A DNA stretch of 64,000 nt, from the sequence record PX246730.1. One strand, given 5' to 3'. Position 1 is the first letter of the stretch; every line of letters begins with the position of its first letter. The DNA is from a phage. This document shows positions 53,428 to 62,464 of this stretch, in pieces. A program made the translations under genes and the position numbers. The notes beneath the pieces were generated by a model. The model was not told the DNA's origin and did no database searches. It saw only the letters and a program-made list of their open reading frames with translations.

Positions 53428-53799
53428 ATGAAGTGGCTAGAGGAAGCTTTTAAAAATAATATTGGTGCAATTGTAGTTGGTATTTTTAGTGTTATTGGGA
53501 TGTATACCACGATGCAAGTCTCAAGTGGTAAGCAAGAAGTATCTGTCACAACAAAGTTACAGCAGCTAGATAATTATTCCAAAAGTAACTATTCAGCTAT
53601 TCGTGATTTGCAGTCTGACATGAGACTGATTCAGCTAGGGATGGAGAACCAGAAAGTTCAGTTAGAGAATGTTAAGGGTGAAAACGCAAAACTTACCAAA
53701 ACTCTTGATAAATTCTCTGACAGTGTGAATAATCTGGCTCAATCAGTATCAGCCCTCCAAGCTATTACTGAGAAGAACACAAAGAATACTGAAAAGTAA
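53428..53799 (+). CDS. membrane-anchored coiled-coil protein
   Basis: N-terminal TM IGAIVVGIFSVIGMY then heptad-like region. Confidence 0.35.
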   Translation: MKWLEEAFKNNIGAIVVGIFSVIGMYTTMQVSSGKQEVSVTTKLQQLDNYSKSNYSAIRDLQSDMRLIQLGMENQKVQLENVKGENAKLTKTLDKFSDSVNNLAQSVSALQAITEKNTKNTEK

Positions 53800-53805
53800 A
53801 GTTTA

Positions 53806-53836
53806 AGGCTCCTTTTGATGGGAGCCTTTTTTGTTT
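53806..53836. terminator. bidirectional terminator between convergent blocks
   Basis: AGGCTCC-loop-GGAGCCT flanked by A-tract and T-tract. Confidence 0.7.
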
Positions 53837-54736
53837 TTACTTACCTACTGACAAAGGCGCTTCAATCTTTCCTGCATGTTGGTAGTTGTTAATTCCACCG
53901 ATAAAATCACTTGCAGTAAGGTGTTTTAAATCACTTAGAGTGTTAAGCTGCACACCAATCTCAAAAGTAGGTGCATGGAACTCTTCATTATTCATCAGTT
54001 CATAAACCTGTTTCATATGGTTCTGATAAATCTGAGTATCTCCAAAGACACCTATCAAGTACCGTGGAGTGTATCCAGTCATCTTGCAAAGAACTTCCAG
54101 AATAAAACCATAAGATGCAATGTTAAACGGAAGTCCTAAAAAGGTGTCTACAGAACGTTGATACCATTGTAAGTCAACTTCACCTTCGTTAGTGATATAA
54201 ATCTGAAACAGAACATGACAAGGTGCTAAAGCCATTGAGTTAGCTGCAATATCTGCTGCATTCCAAGCATTAACAAGCATGTAACGGTCTGTGATATCAC
54301 CTTTCATCTTCGTTACTAAGGTCTCTAACTGGTCTACAACACAACCATTATGACCTTCAAAGTTTCTCCACTGAACCCCGTAGATTCTCCCACCTGCATC
54401 CTCTAACCAGTCTTGTTCAGAAGAATAGTTAGAGCTTAACCAGCGTTTAAAATCATCTGACCAGATAGTCCAGCGTTCCCCATCATTTTCACCCCAAGTG
54501 CGATAACGGAGTTCACCAAGTTTATTCTCGCCATTCATGAACCATAAAGCTTCCCCAATAACTTGCCGTGTAAACACCTGTTTAGATGTTAAGAGTGGGA
54601 AACCAGTTCGCATATCAAAACGAAACTGTGGTGGAGCAAATGCAGAGATAACATCTCCAGTTCGTGTAGTACGCAGTTCACCAACGGATAAAACATGGTT
54701 CAGGATATTTTTGTAACTCAAATCAGCTTGTGACAT
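53837..54736 (-). CDS. thyA: thymidylate synthase
   Basis: catalytic Cys in LAPCHVLFQ; motif GLPFNIASYGFIL; 299 aa; ATG verified. Confidence 0.9.
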   Translation of the reverse strand: MSQADLSYKNILNHVLSVGELRTTRTGDVISAFAPPQFRFDMRTGFPLLTSKQVFTRQVIGEALWFMNGENKLGELRYRTWGENDGERWTIWSDDFKRWLSSNYSSEQDWLEDAGGRIYGVQWRNFEGHNGCVVDQLETLVTKMKGDITDRYMLVNAWNAADIAANSMALAPCHVLFQIYITNEGEVDLQWYQRSVDTFLGLPFNIASYGFILEVLCKMTGYTPRYLIGVFGDTQIYQNHMKQVYELMNNEEFHAPTFEIGVQLNTLSDLKHLTASDFIGGINNYQHAGKIEAPLSVGK

Positions 54737-54737
54737 A

Positions 54738-55283
54738 TCAAAAGTGTCCTTTTACTTGTGGAACATAAATTTCAAAGGTTGCTTTACCATCATCCGATGG
54801 CCTTGACTGTACCTTTGCAAATACACGGCTATCATACAGCTTCTCAAAGAAGTTTTCAAAAGGTAAATACACAGTGGCCTCTTCAGTAACTTTATGGAAA
54901 ACTGTATGGAAAACTACACCAGCATACGGTAAAGCACTGACAAGAACACCTGCACCACCAATTACAAAGACATCTTCATCAATAGAGCTATCAAGATACT
55001 TCAAAAATGCTCCAAATGACTCTTTGCTGGCCTTAGCATACATTACATCATCTTTGTCAAAGTCTATACCCAAATATGGAACAGAGTTCGTTAAGACGAG
55101 GTTTGTGCGTTCTGGTAAAGGTTTACTACCCAGAGTCTTAAAAGTTTCATTACCCATGACTACTAAGTTGTCTTTAGTGAGTCTCTTAAACTCTTGCATA
55201 TCCTGTTTATGTCGAGGCCACGGCATACCAGTTGGAGTACCAAACTCCCCATTTTCACCACTTGCAAAGATTAATTTAATCAT
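54738..55283 (-). CDS. folA: dihydrofolate reductase
   Basis: N-terminal IFASGENGEFGTPTGMPW and VVMGNETFKTLG motifs; adjacent to thyA. Confidence 0.85.
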   Translation of the reverse strand: MIKLIFASGENGEFGTPTGMPWPRHKQDMQEFKRLTKDNLVVMGNETFKTLGSKPLPERTNLVLTNSVPYLGIDFDKDDVMYAKASKESFGAFLKYLDSSIDEDVFVIGGAGVLVSALPYAGVVFHTVFHKVTEEATVYLPFENFFEKLYDSRVFAKVQSRPSDDGKATFEIYVPQVKGHF

Positions 55284-55540
55284 TTTGTAAACCCTTTCTT
55301 AATGAACCAGTTGATAACATTCTTCACAGCTTTATTGCTATGGTAGATTAAGTGCGGTGTAGGTTGGTATAAACCATAAGCCCAGAAAGCAATGATTTCA
55401 TTACATCCTGTACACCTTGTACTCTCTTCAGCAATATGACCGTTGACTATTTCACTTACCTCGCCTTGTAAGTCTGTACACCCACAATGTGGGCATCGGA
55501 TAGGTGTTCCATCAGACTCATAGCAGTGTTCAATTTTCAT
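55280..55540 (-). CDS. small zinc-ribbon-like protein
   Basis: CPHCGC ... CTGC pairs. Confidence 0.4.
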   Translation of the reverse strand: MKIEHCYESDGTPIRCPHCGCTDLQGEVSEIVNGHIAEESTRCTGCNEIIAFWAYGLYQPTPHLIYHSNKAVKNVINWFIKKGFTK

Positions 55541-56056
55541 CTATTTAACCTCAAAAACTGGCTCAAGAACCAATATAAAGTCTACACAGTCATCTTCTTC
55601 ATCCAGAATACCATCAAAGTTCTTAGGAACGAAGTCGAAGAGGCTCATCACAAAGCAGTCAGAAGTGACCTTGATAGTTCCTCCCATGTTCTCTACAGTT
55701 AACACTGTACGACTTTCTTTTACCTCCCTCAGAAGATTACCCACAAAGTCATCTAAGAAGTACTTCATTAGTGACTTAAAACCTTTAGGATAATCTGTAC
55801 CAGAGTATGTTTCAATCTGAGGCACAAGCTTAACATTTATACTAGTCTTTGTTAAGAACGTGTTAGAGAACATACTATCAGGTAACTTACAAACACTCTT
55901 TCCAGTACCTTCATGTTCAATCTCAACAAAACCAGCTTCGTCGCCACATGTAACTATTTTAAAAGATGCTTCATTCTCATACTGTGAAGCCATAAACTTT
56001 TTAAGCATCTCTTTAAGGAAATCTGCATGAGCATCTTGTAAGTAGATATCAATCAT
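55541..56056 (-). CDS. hypothetical protein
   Basis: 171-aa ORF. Confidence 0.5.
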   Translation of the reverse strand: MIDIYLQDAHADFLKEMLKKFMASQYENEASFKIVTCGDEAGFVEIEHEGTGKSVCKLPDSMFSNTFLTKTSINVKLVPQIETYSGTDYPKGFKSLMKYFLDDFVGNLLREVKESRTVLTVENMGGTIKVTSDCFVMSLFDFVPKNFDGILDEEDDCVDFILVLEPVFEVK

Positions 56057-56069
56057 AGTTAATCACCTA

Positions 56070-56429
56070 TTATGGGAACAAACACTTAATGTCATCGTTT
56101 TTGAAAACGAAACTTGTGTAGTTATGACCATCAACATCCAACCAAACAGCCTGAACATCTACACCATCAAGATTCTGGTAAAGCTCTTTGATGAAGTGGT
56201 CTTTCACAATCTGGCTACTAGTGGTTTCCAGCTTGATGTTTGAGATTGCTGAACCTACAGCCATATAGCCCATGACACGTTTCTTCTCAGTGTGCTTAAT
56301 CTTACCATCTTTGTAAGCCATAATGAGATTGGAGAGAACCTTCACACCATAATACTTTTCAAGGTGAGTTGGTACGCCATAAAAGCCTAATGCGAAGTTT
56401 TCAGAGTGGATAATGTTTTCACGTTTCAT
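56070..56429 (-). CDS. hypothetical protein
   Basis: 119-aa ORF. Confidence 0.5.
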   Translation of the reverse strand: MKRENIIHSENFALGFYGVPTHLEKYYGVKVLSNLIMAYKDGKIKHTEKKRVMGYMAVGSAISNIKLETTSSQIVKDHFIKELYQNLDGVDVQAVWLDVDGHNYTSFVFKNDDIKCLFP

Positions 56430-56430
56430 A

Positions 56431-56760
56431 TTAATCTGCCAACCTTAAATTGAAATTAACACCAAATTTTTCACACACTTCCAACATATACTCAAGAGAG
56501 ACATTACCAGTGAGGTGGATTATGTTGGATACACGAGCCTGAGAGATACCACAAATTTTAGCAACTTGCTCTTGAGAAAGACCTCTGGATTTAATCTCTC
56601 TCTTAAAACGATGTGCAACGAAATCTCTCATTTCGTCTACATCCATTGGACAAATATAACTCTCCATTTCAGCCTCTCTGTCAGCCCCCCAATCATCTTG
56701 TGGAGCATAAGGGTCAAAAACCTCATTCATCTTTCTTCTTCCGTTTTCGTGAAGTGTCAA
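56431..56760 (-). CDS. helix-turn-helix DNA-binding protein candidate
   Basis: segment LSQEQVAKICGISQARVSNI resembles an HTH. Confidence 0.45.
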   Translation of the reverse strand: MTLHENGRRKMNEVFDPYAPQDDWGADREAEMESYICPMDVDEMRDFVAHRFKREIKSRGLSQEQVAKICGISQARVSNIIHLTGNVSLEYMLEVCEKFGVNFNLRLAD

Positions 56761-56935
56761 TCAATGAATCTATGTTTGTAGCCCTAACCTTTTCACGTTC
56801 ATCATTAAGATAATCATCAAGAGTCTTTTCAATCTGTGAATCATCTTGACAGATAACGGTAAAGACTGTAAAGCCATCTGTATCGTCAATTATCTTACCA
56901 TAACCGCTTCTGGGATGTAACTTTTTAAGAGCCAT
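56723..56935 (-). CDS. hypothetical small protein
   Basis: 70-aa ORF. Confidence 0.35.
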   Translation of the reverse strand: MALKKLHPRSGYGKIIDDTDGFTVFTVICQDDSQIEKTLDDYLNDEREKVRATNIDSLIDTSRKRKKKDE

Positions 56936-56936
56936 A

Positions 56937-57320
56937 TTAGATACCTGTACAGCTTCTGTTTTCTAAGAAATACTCAACACCATACATAGCTTTTTGCATC
57001 AAATCTTCTTTAAACTGAATACGATGATTGAGCATAGTTTGTACATCAATATCGTCATGGTGTTTCTCTTTAATATTTGCAGATTGTAGGAAATACTCTG
57101 CAAGAACACGATACTGATAGTCAGTTACCTTATCAGTCATCTCTGTCAAAGACTCTTCAGAGATTGGTTTAAGTAACTCACCATTAGATAGAGCAACACC
57201 TTTTACAATCTGGCAAGTGTCTTCTGGGACACCTGATAAGTCCACATTTGGGAGTTCTGTTGCATTGACTGGTAAATTCATTGCCATAACCATTGCAGCA
57301 GCTAATAAAATCTTTTTCAT
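56937..57320 (-). CDS. secreted protein
   Basis: signal peptide MKKILLAAAMVMAMNLPVNA. Confidence 0.45.
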   Translation of the reverse strand: MKKILLAAAMVMAMNLPVNATELPNVDLSGVPEDTCQIVKGVALSNGELLKPISEESLTEMTDKVTDYQYRVLAEYFLQSANIKEKHHDDIDVQTMLNHRIQFKEDLMQKAMYGVEYFLENRSCTGI

Positions 57321-57405
57321 AATGACCTCAAAGTTATATTAAATTTTGTATTACATTGAGTATAAAATAAGCTATAACACCTGACTTGTCAACAGATTTT
57401 ATAGC

Positions 57406-57830
57406 TTATTTAGCAGATTTTTTATAAGGCTACTGCCATCCTTCCATACATTACCTTACCACACCCTACCATACCTAACCAAACTACACCATACCATACC
57501 TAACCAAACTACACCATACAATACCTTTTTAAAAGACCTTGTTTAAAGGCCTTTTAAAAAGGTAAGTCTCATTTTAATGTAGCTGAGACTAACTACCCAT
57601 ACATTACCTTACCATACCAGACCTCACCCTACCTTAACTTACCTTACTCTATCCTACCAAACACCACTTAAAAACCCTCTTAGAAGACTCTTAAGTGATG
57701 TAATCGGATTTTTATGTAGCTCCGATTAACTACCCATACCAAGCCTAACCTGACCGCACCAAACCTTACAACACCACACCATACCAAACCTCATTAAAAG
57801 ACCCTCTTAAAGACCTTTTAAAAAGGAGCC
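57406..57830. repeat. left copy of ~0.4-kb composite direct repeat (C/A-rich tracts, TTAAAAG boxes, covarying hairpins)
   Basis: near-identical blocks shared with 58965-59265. Confidence 0.7.
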
Positions 57831-57853
57831 TCCGAAGAGGCTACCTAGTCAAC

Positions 57854-58294
57854 TTAGAAAGGTTTTCTACGTTGCTTGTTAATGTTAGCTTTCATAGCAG
57901 CTAAATGGTTTTGCTGTTCAATCAGTCGTGAACGTTCTTGATGACTAAGTGCCATAGTGTTCACATTCTCAATCGCTTGAGTGGCTTGCTTTAAAGCGCG
58001 ACCAATCTTACCAGACATTTTACGTTTTGCAATAGTTGCTTGATGCTTAGGTTCAACCACACGATAACCAACACCCATTGAAGCAACCAGATAAATCTTC
58101 TCTTCTTTAAGAAGCTTCTCAATAAACTTCTCAAGTCGGTTTAGACGTGTAAGCGCATAAGCCTTCATTTCATCTTCGTACTTAACAATGTCGCCTTGAT
58201 AAGTTGGCTTCACAATACCTAAGAAGGTATCCATCTCAGAGTGTGATACAGTGTCACCGTAACTAAACTTTGCTGCTAATGCTTTTGTATTCAT
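57854..58294 (-). CDS. hypothetical protein
   Basis: 146-aa ORF inside repeat-bracketed unit. Confidence 0.5.
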   Translation of the reverse strand: MNTKALAAKFSYGDTVSHSEMDTFLGIVKPTYQGDIVKYEDEMKAYALTRLNRLEKFIEKLLKEEKIYLVASMGVGYRVVEPKHQATIAKRKMSGKIGRALKQATQAIENVNTMALSHQERSRLIEQQNHLAAMKANINKQRRKPF

Positions 58295-58296
58295 AA

Positions 58297-58902
<606 letters not shown>

Positions 58903-58964
58903 TTAGTTGATTGTTAAGTTGTTTGTAAAGAACCCTCAACAGAAGACTCTTTAGAAACTTGGCA

Positions 58965-59265
58965 GATTTTTTATAAGGCTACTGCCATCCTTCCATACAT
59001 TACCAAACAGTACCGTGCCACAACACACCATACCCAACCCCACCTAACTCTACCACACCTCATTAAAAGACCTTGTTTAAAGACCTTTTAAAAAGGTAAG
59101 TCTCATTTTAATGTAGCTGAGACTAACTACCCATACATTACCTTACCATACCGTACTTTACCTTACCGTACCGTACTTTACCCTACCGTACCGGACAATA
59201 CTTAACCCGACCTCGCCCTACCGGACATCACTTAAAAACCCTTTTAAAAGACTCTTAAGTGATGC
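58965..59265. repeat. right copy of ~0.4-kb composite direct repeat
   Basis: shares GGCAGATTTTTTATAAGGCTACTGCCATCCTTCCATACATTACC and GTCTCATTTTAATGTAGCTGAGACTAACTACCCATAC blocks with left copy. Confidence 0.7.
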
Positions 59266-59329
59266 TGGTGAGTACCCGTTGGTTTATGCTGCTCAGTATA
59301 CTCACCAAATTTTCTATGTCAACAACTTT

Positions 59330-60433
59330 TTATTCGTAGTCTCGAATAACTAACCCAACAGGGAACTGTAAAGAACCTTTACGAGTCATCTTCTGGAACT
59401 GAACCGTTAAAGGCTTCCCGATAAACTCTTCAGGATGTTCAGCAAGATACTGTTTCTTCTCATGAGTAGTCTTCCATGAGACATCTACAAAGACGTTAGG
59501 AAGAGTCTCTACAACAAACTTGCCATGACCACGCTTATCAGTCTTTACACCAGTCACTTTAAACTCTTCAGTGTGCATCTTCTTGTGCTTAATCAAGAAG
59601 TATGAACGGTGACAACACTCATAGAAGGAGTCTTCAGAGATTGAACGGTACATTGCACCTTCAAACTTAGCTTCAACCCACTTATCATGAGCTTCATCGA
59701 ACTCTTCCCAAGAATTTACACGACGAGACTTAACAGGGACAACTTTACAACCATCTCTCAAATCATTCAATGGTGAAGTCTCAATAATATCTCTACGCTC
59801 AGGCCACGTTTTAGTACTGTCACAGATATCATACCAGTAGAACTTAAGTAAGTGTCTGTCAGGATTGTCTTCATTTTTAATCATGGAGACAATATCTTCT
59901 AAGTCCCAACCATGAGCATAAATCTCTCCATCAAATTCATCAACATCTTTGTGGAGCCTTAACATTGCCATAATGTCGGGTATTAGTTCAGTAGGGATTT
60001 TATAAACAGTATTTTCACGAGAGTATGCTGTGAATACACTACCAATGCTTAAGTGTCTTGAAATTCTACAACGGACACCATCAAGTTTTGGTTGAGCATC
60101 AGCAGGGAACTTCAGATACTTTGCATGACTAACCTTTGCAGCATCATGAGCAAGCTGTACACCTACCTTCTCAGTATTCTGTGCAGACTCTTTTGTGTAA
60201 GCGTAACCTTTGCGGTCAACTTGCTTTTTATACTTAGCAGCAACTTCAAAGAGAGCTTGCTGTTCAGCGTTACGCTCATTCTTTTTACCGATGTTTTTAG
60301 GTTCTGCTGTATACTCTTCAAACATCATCTTGCCATTTTCTTTACCATAGGTTGTAATAACTTTGTCACCTACAGCAACACACGACCAGACGTTGAAGGA
60401 ACCATCTTTATTTTGTTTGTACAGAATTGTCAT
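59330..60433 (-). CDS. ATP-dependent DNA ligase
   Basis: adenylation motif KLDGVRC (KxDGxR); 367 aa; ATG verified. Confidence 0.8.
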   Translation of the reverse strand: MTILYKQNKDGSFNVWSCVAVGDKVITTYGKENGKMMFEEYTAEPKNIGKKNERNAEQQALFEVAAKYKKQVDRKGYAYTKESAQNTEKVGVQLAHDAAKVSHAKYLKFPADAQPKLDGVRCRISRHLSIGSVFTAYSRENTVYKIPTELIPDIMAMLRLHKDVDEFDGEIYAHGWDLEDIVSMIKNEDNPDRHLLKFYWYDICDSTKTWPERRDIIETSPLNDLRDGCKVVPVKSRRVNSWEEFDEAHDKWVEAKFEGAMYRSISEDSFYECCHRSYFLIKHKKMHTEEFKVTGVKTDKRGHGKFVVETLPNVFVDVSWKTTHEKKQYLAEHPEEFIGKPLTVQFQKMTRKGSLQFPVGLVIRDYE

Positions 60434-60636
60434 TTTCTCTTACCACCAATTTCTACGTCAATAACTTGAACATCGCCAGCAACATCAAACTTATGAATGA
60501 TGCTTTCCACAGTGTAAGTCCAATCCTCAATGCGAACCAACTCACCTTCTCGTGGGACGATTGGATTACGTTGAGCTACCGTTGTAGTGGAGTGAACAAC
60601 ATCATAACGGTAGATATAGTTTACTAGGACTTCCAT
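60430..60636 (-). CDS. hypothetical small protein
   Basis: 68-aa ORF. Confidence 0.35.
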   Translation of the reverse strand: MEVLVNYIYRYDVVHSTTTVAQRNPIVPREGELVRIEDWTYTVESIIHKFDVAGDVQVIDVEIGGKRK

Positions 60637-60645
60637 AGTTTTTCC

Positions 60646-60879
60646 TTAAAAGGGTAAGTCGATATCAATACGTTCACCCTTAAGGACTCCAGTACGGTCT
60701 TTTGCAATCTTCCCTTCAACAATAAGAATGTGTGCAGACCTTAAAGTGTCACTGTTAAAGGCTTTTACGAACTTACTAGGCATCACTACAATGGACATCT
60801 CCTGAATCAACTCTGGAGTATAGCAATTGTCGTGAAGTTGCTGAATAACGTCTGCAAGTGTCATTTTTGATGTCTCCAA
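60646..60879 (-). CDS. hypothetical small protein
   Basis: 77-aa ORF. Confidence 0.4.
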   Translation of the reverse strand: METSKMTLADVIQQLHDNCYTPELIQEMSIVVMPSKFVKAFNSDTLRSAHILIVEGKIAKDRTGVLKGERIDIDLPF

Positions 60880-61070
60880 TACTCAATGTCAATAAGTTCT
60901 TGTGCAATGCTTTTCAGATTACCTTTCAAGAAAACCTTCTCAGAACCTGAAAGAGATGAATTGTCAATTAACCTGTTCATTCTCTCAAACAACTTCTGTT
61001 TACGATTCTTGATAGTTTCCTTTGAAGCATCTTTCATCATCGCTGCATGGGTTCTTCCACGGTGGCTCAT
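60861..61070 (-). CDS. hypothetical small protein
   Basis: 69-aa ORF. Confidence 0.35.
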   Translation of the reverse strand: MSHRGRTHAAMMKDASKETIKNRKQKLFERMNRLIDNSSLSGSEKVFLKGNLKSIAQELIDIEYWRHQK

Positions 61071-61121
61071 AAGCCCTCCTATACAAGATGTAGTATAAGG
61101 TACTCTTCCCTGAGCACCTTG

Positions 61122-61634
61122 TCAACTTAGTTTTGCAAACTCTCCGTGAAGTTTAATAGCAGCTTCACAGTAAGCTTTATGGGCTTCTTCTTCTGTTGTG
61201 TATGTCCCTATATGTATAGTCTTGCCATTATGGTTAATCTGGGCTTTCCACTTACCAGACTTACTTCTACTTGTACCTTTTAAGTTTTTTGATGTTCTAG
61301 GTTGTCTCCTATTAGACATATTCTGTTCTTTTGTGGCCTCTCTTAGATTGTCCCAAGCGTTATTCAAACCATCTCCATCTTTGTGGTCAATTTGCTTATC
61401 AGGCCACTTGCCTGTCATCCAGAACCAAGCAATTCGGTGATTGCCTGTCCTGTATCCTAAAATCTGTGTGTGCATATACACACCAGACCTTGTGCGCTTA
61501 ATTGCTCCGGCTTGGCTTCCAATAACCACCCTACTACTGTGTGGAGGTCTGCCAATCCATGTTAAGACCCCTGTTTCGGGGTCATAATCTAACCAAGATT
61601 TTAACTGTTCATGTGTGAATCCACAATCTCTCAT
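61122..61634 (-). CDS. HNH endonuclease with AP2-like DNA-binding domain
   Basis: HNH motif IDHKDGDGLNNAWDNLREATKEQN; AP2-like GKWKAQINHNGKTIHIGTYTTEEEAHKAY; ATG overlaps polymerase stop. Confidence 0.7.
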   Translation of the reverse strand: MRDCGFTHEQLKSWLDYDPETGVLTWIGRPPHSSRVVIGSQAGAIKRTRSGVYMHTQILGYRTGNHRIAWFWMTGKWPDKQIDHKDGDGLNNAWDNLREATKEQNMSNRRQPRTSKNLKGTSRSKSGKWKAQINHNGKTIHIGTYTTEEEAHKAYCEAAIKLHGEFAKLS

Positions 61635-62193
61635 CAATGTACCTCATACCACGATTTACCAACCTTTGCTGTACCAGTTACAAGTGTTTCTTTCCTCAAA
61701 CCTAAGTTTTTTGAAGCTTGTCCATACATCCAGTCAGCAATTGCTTTCATATCCTGTGTCATACCCTCTGGACATTCCCAACTATTTTCATCGTGATATG
61801 CCAGAAGTAACCTTGCTCCGATAGCTGGTTTTCGAGCATTCAGTTTTGTCAGGCCATCTTCACAGGCTTTTCTTGCTGCTAGGTTGATGGCCTCATTCTG
61901 AATCTGGGCTTCCGAACTCATCAAGAGGTAGTTCAGTAGTTTATGTGGAGATTTGCACCATATCCATGCTCCAGCGACCCTGATATAACCACCTTTAGCA
62001 ATTGAAGAATTCTTCCCAAAAACCTCTTCCAGAGCCTTTTTAGACGCCTTAAAATCGGCTTCTAAGCTATCAAGTAACTTCTTAATCTTTGGCAGACGCA
62101 TATAGTAAGTTTGTTTAGTCAATGCACCTTCTTCCGTAGATGATGCTTTGATAGTTTTTGCAAACTTCTCATCACCTGCACCAAACAATACAT
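61634..62193 (-). CDS. DNA polymerase (family A, T7-type), exon 2 (C-terminal palm)
   Basis: LFGAGDEK, SPHKLLNYLL, AYHDE (motif C), KVGKSWYEVH align with T7 gp5 C-terminus. Confidence 0.8.
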
Positions 62194-62464
62194 CTGGTCA
62201 ATACACTCGCAAGGTGTACCAGTTCTCTTATGAACTTCTCCGCATTTCTACGGAGTGTCGGACTATATCACGTAGTAGTAATACTACCGTTGCACTTGGG
62301 AATGGTCATTAGCTTACCACCCTACTCTACTCAGTTCATACATTAAGTATGCTTTTCGATAGTCTCTGAACGTTCCTCTTAAGAGGCTTCGCTGCTGATT
62401 ACCATATCTTTACAGACTTAGGCTTCCAGCAATTCACAACGTTTTACATGCGCCACTGACGCAT
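62194..62464 (-). mobile_element. group I intron (ORF-less) in DNA polymerase gene
   Basis: on the RNA strand, in order: P AAUUGCUGGAAGCC, Q AAUCAGCAGC, R GUUCAGAGACUAUCG, S GAUAUAGUCCGACA; interrupts reading frame within motif B; splice sites approximate. Confidence 0.8.

Noticed and set aside
54874-55290. 138-aa plus-strand ORF
   Set aside because: Antisense to the DHFR gene, which has conserved motifs.
62189-62417. Polymerase encoded as two separate subunits with no intron
   Set aside because: The gap contains all four group I core elements in order and interrupts a single conserved motif; an intron is far more parsimonious.
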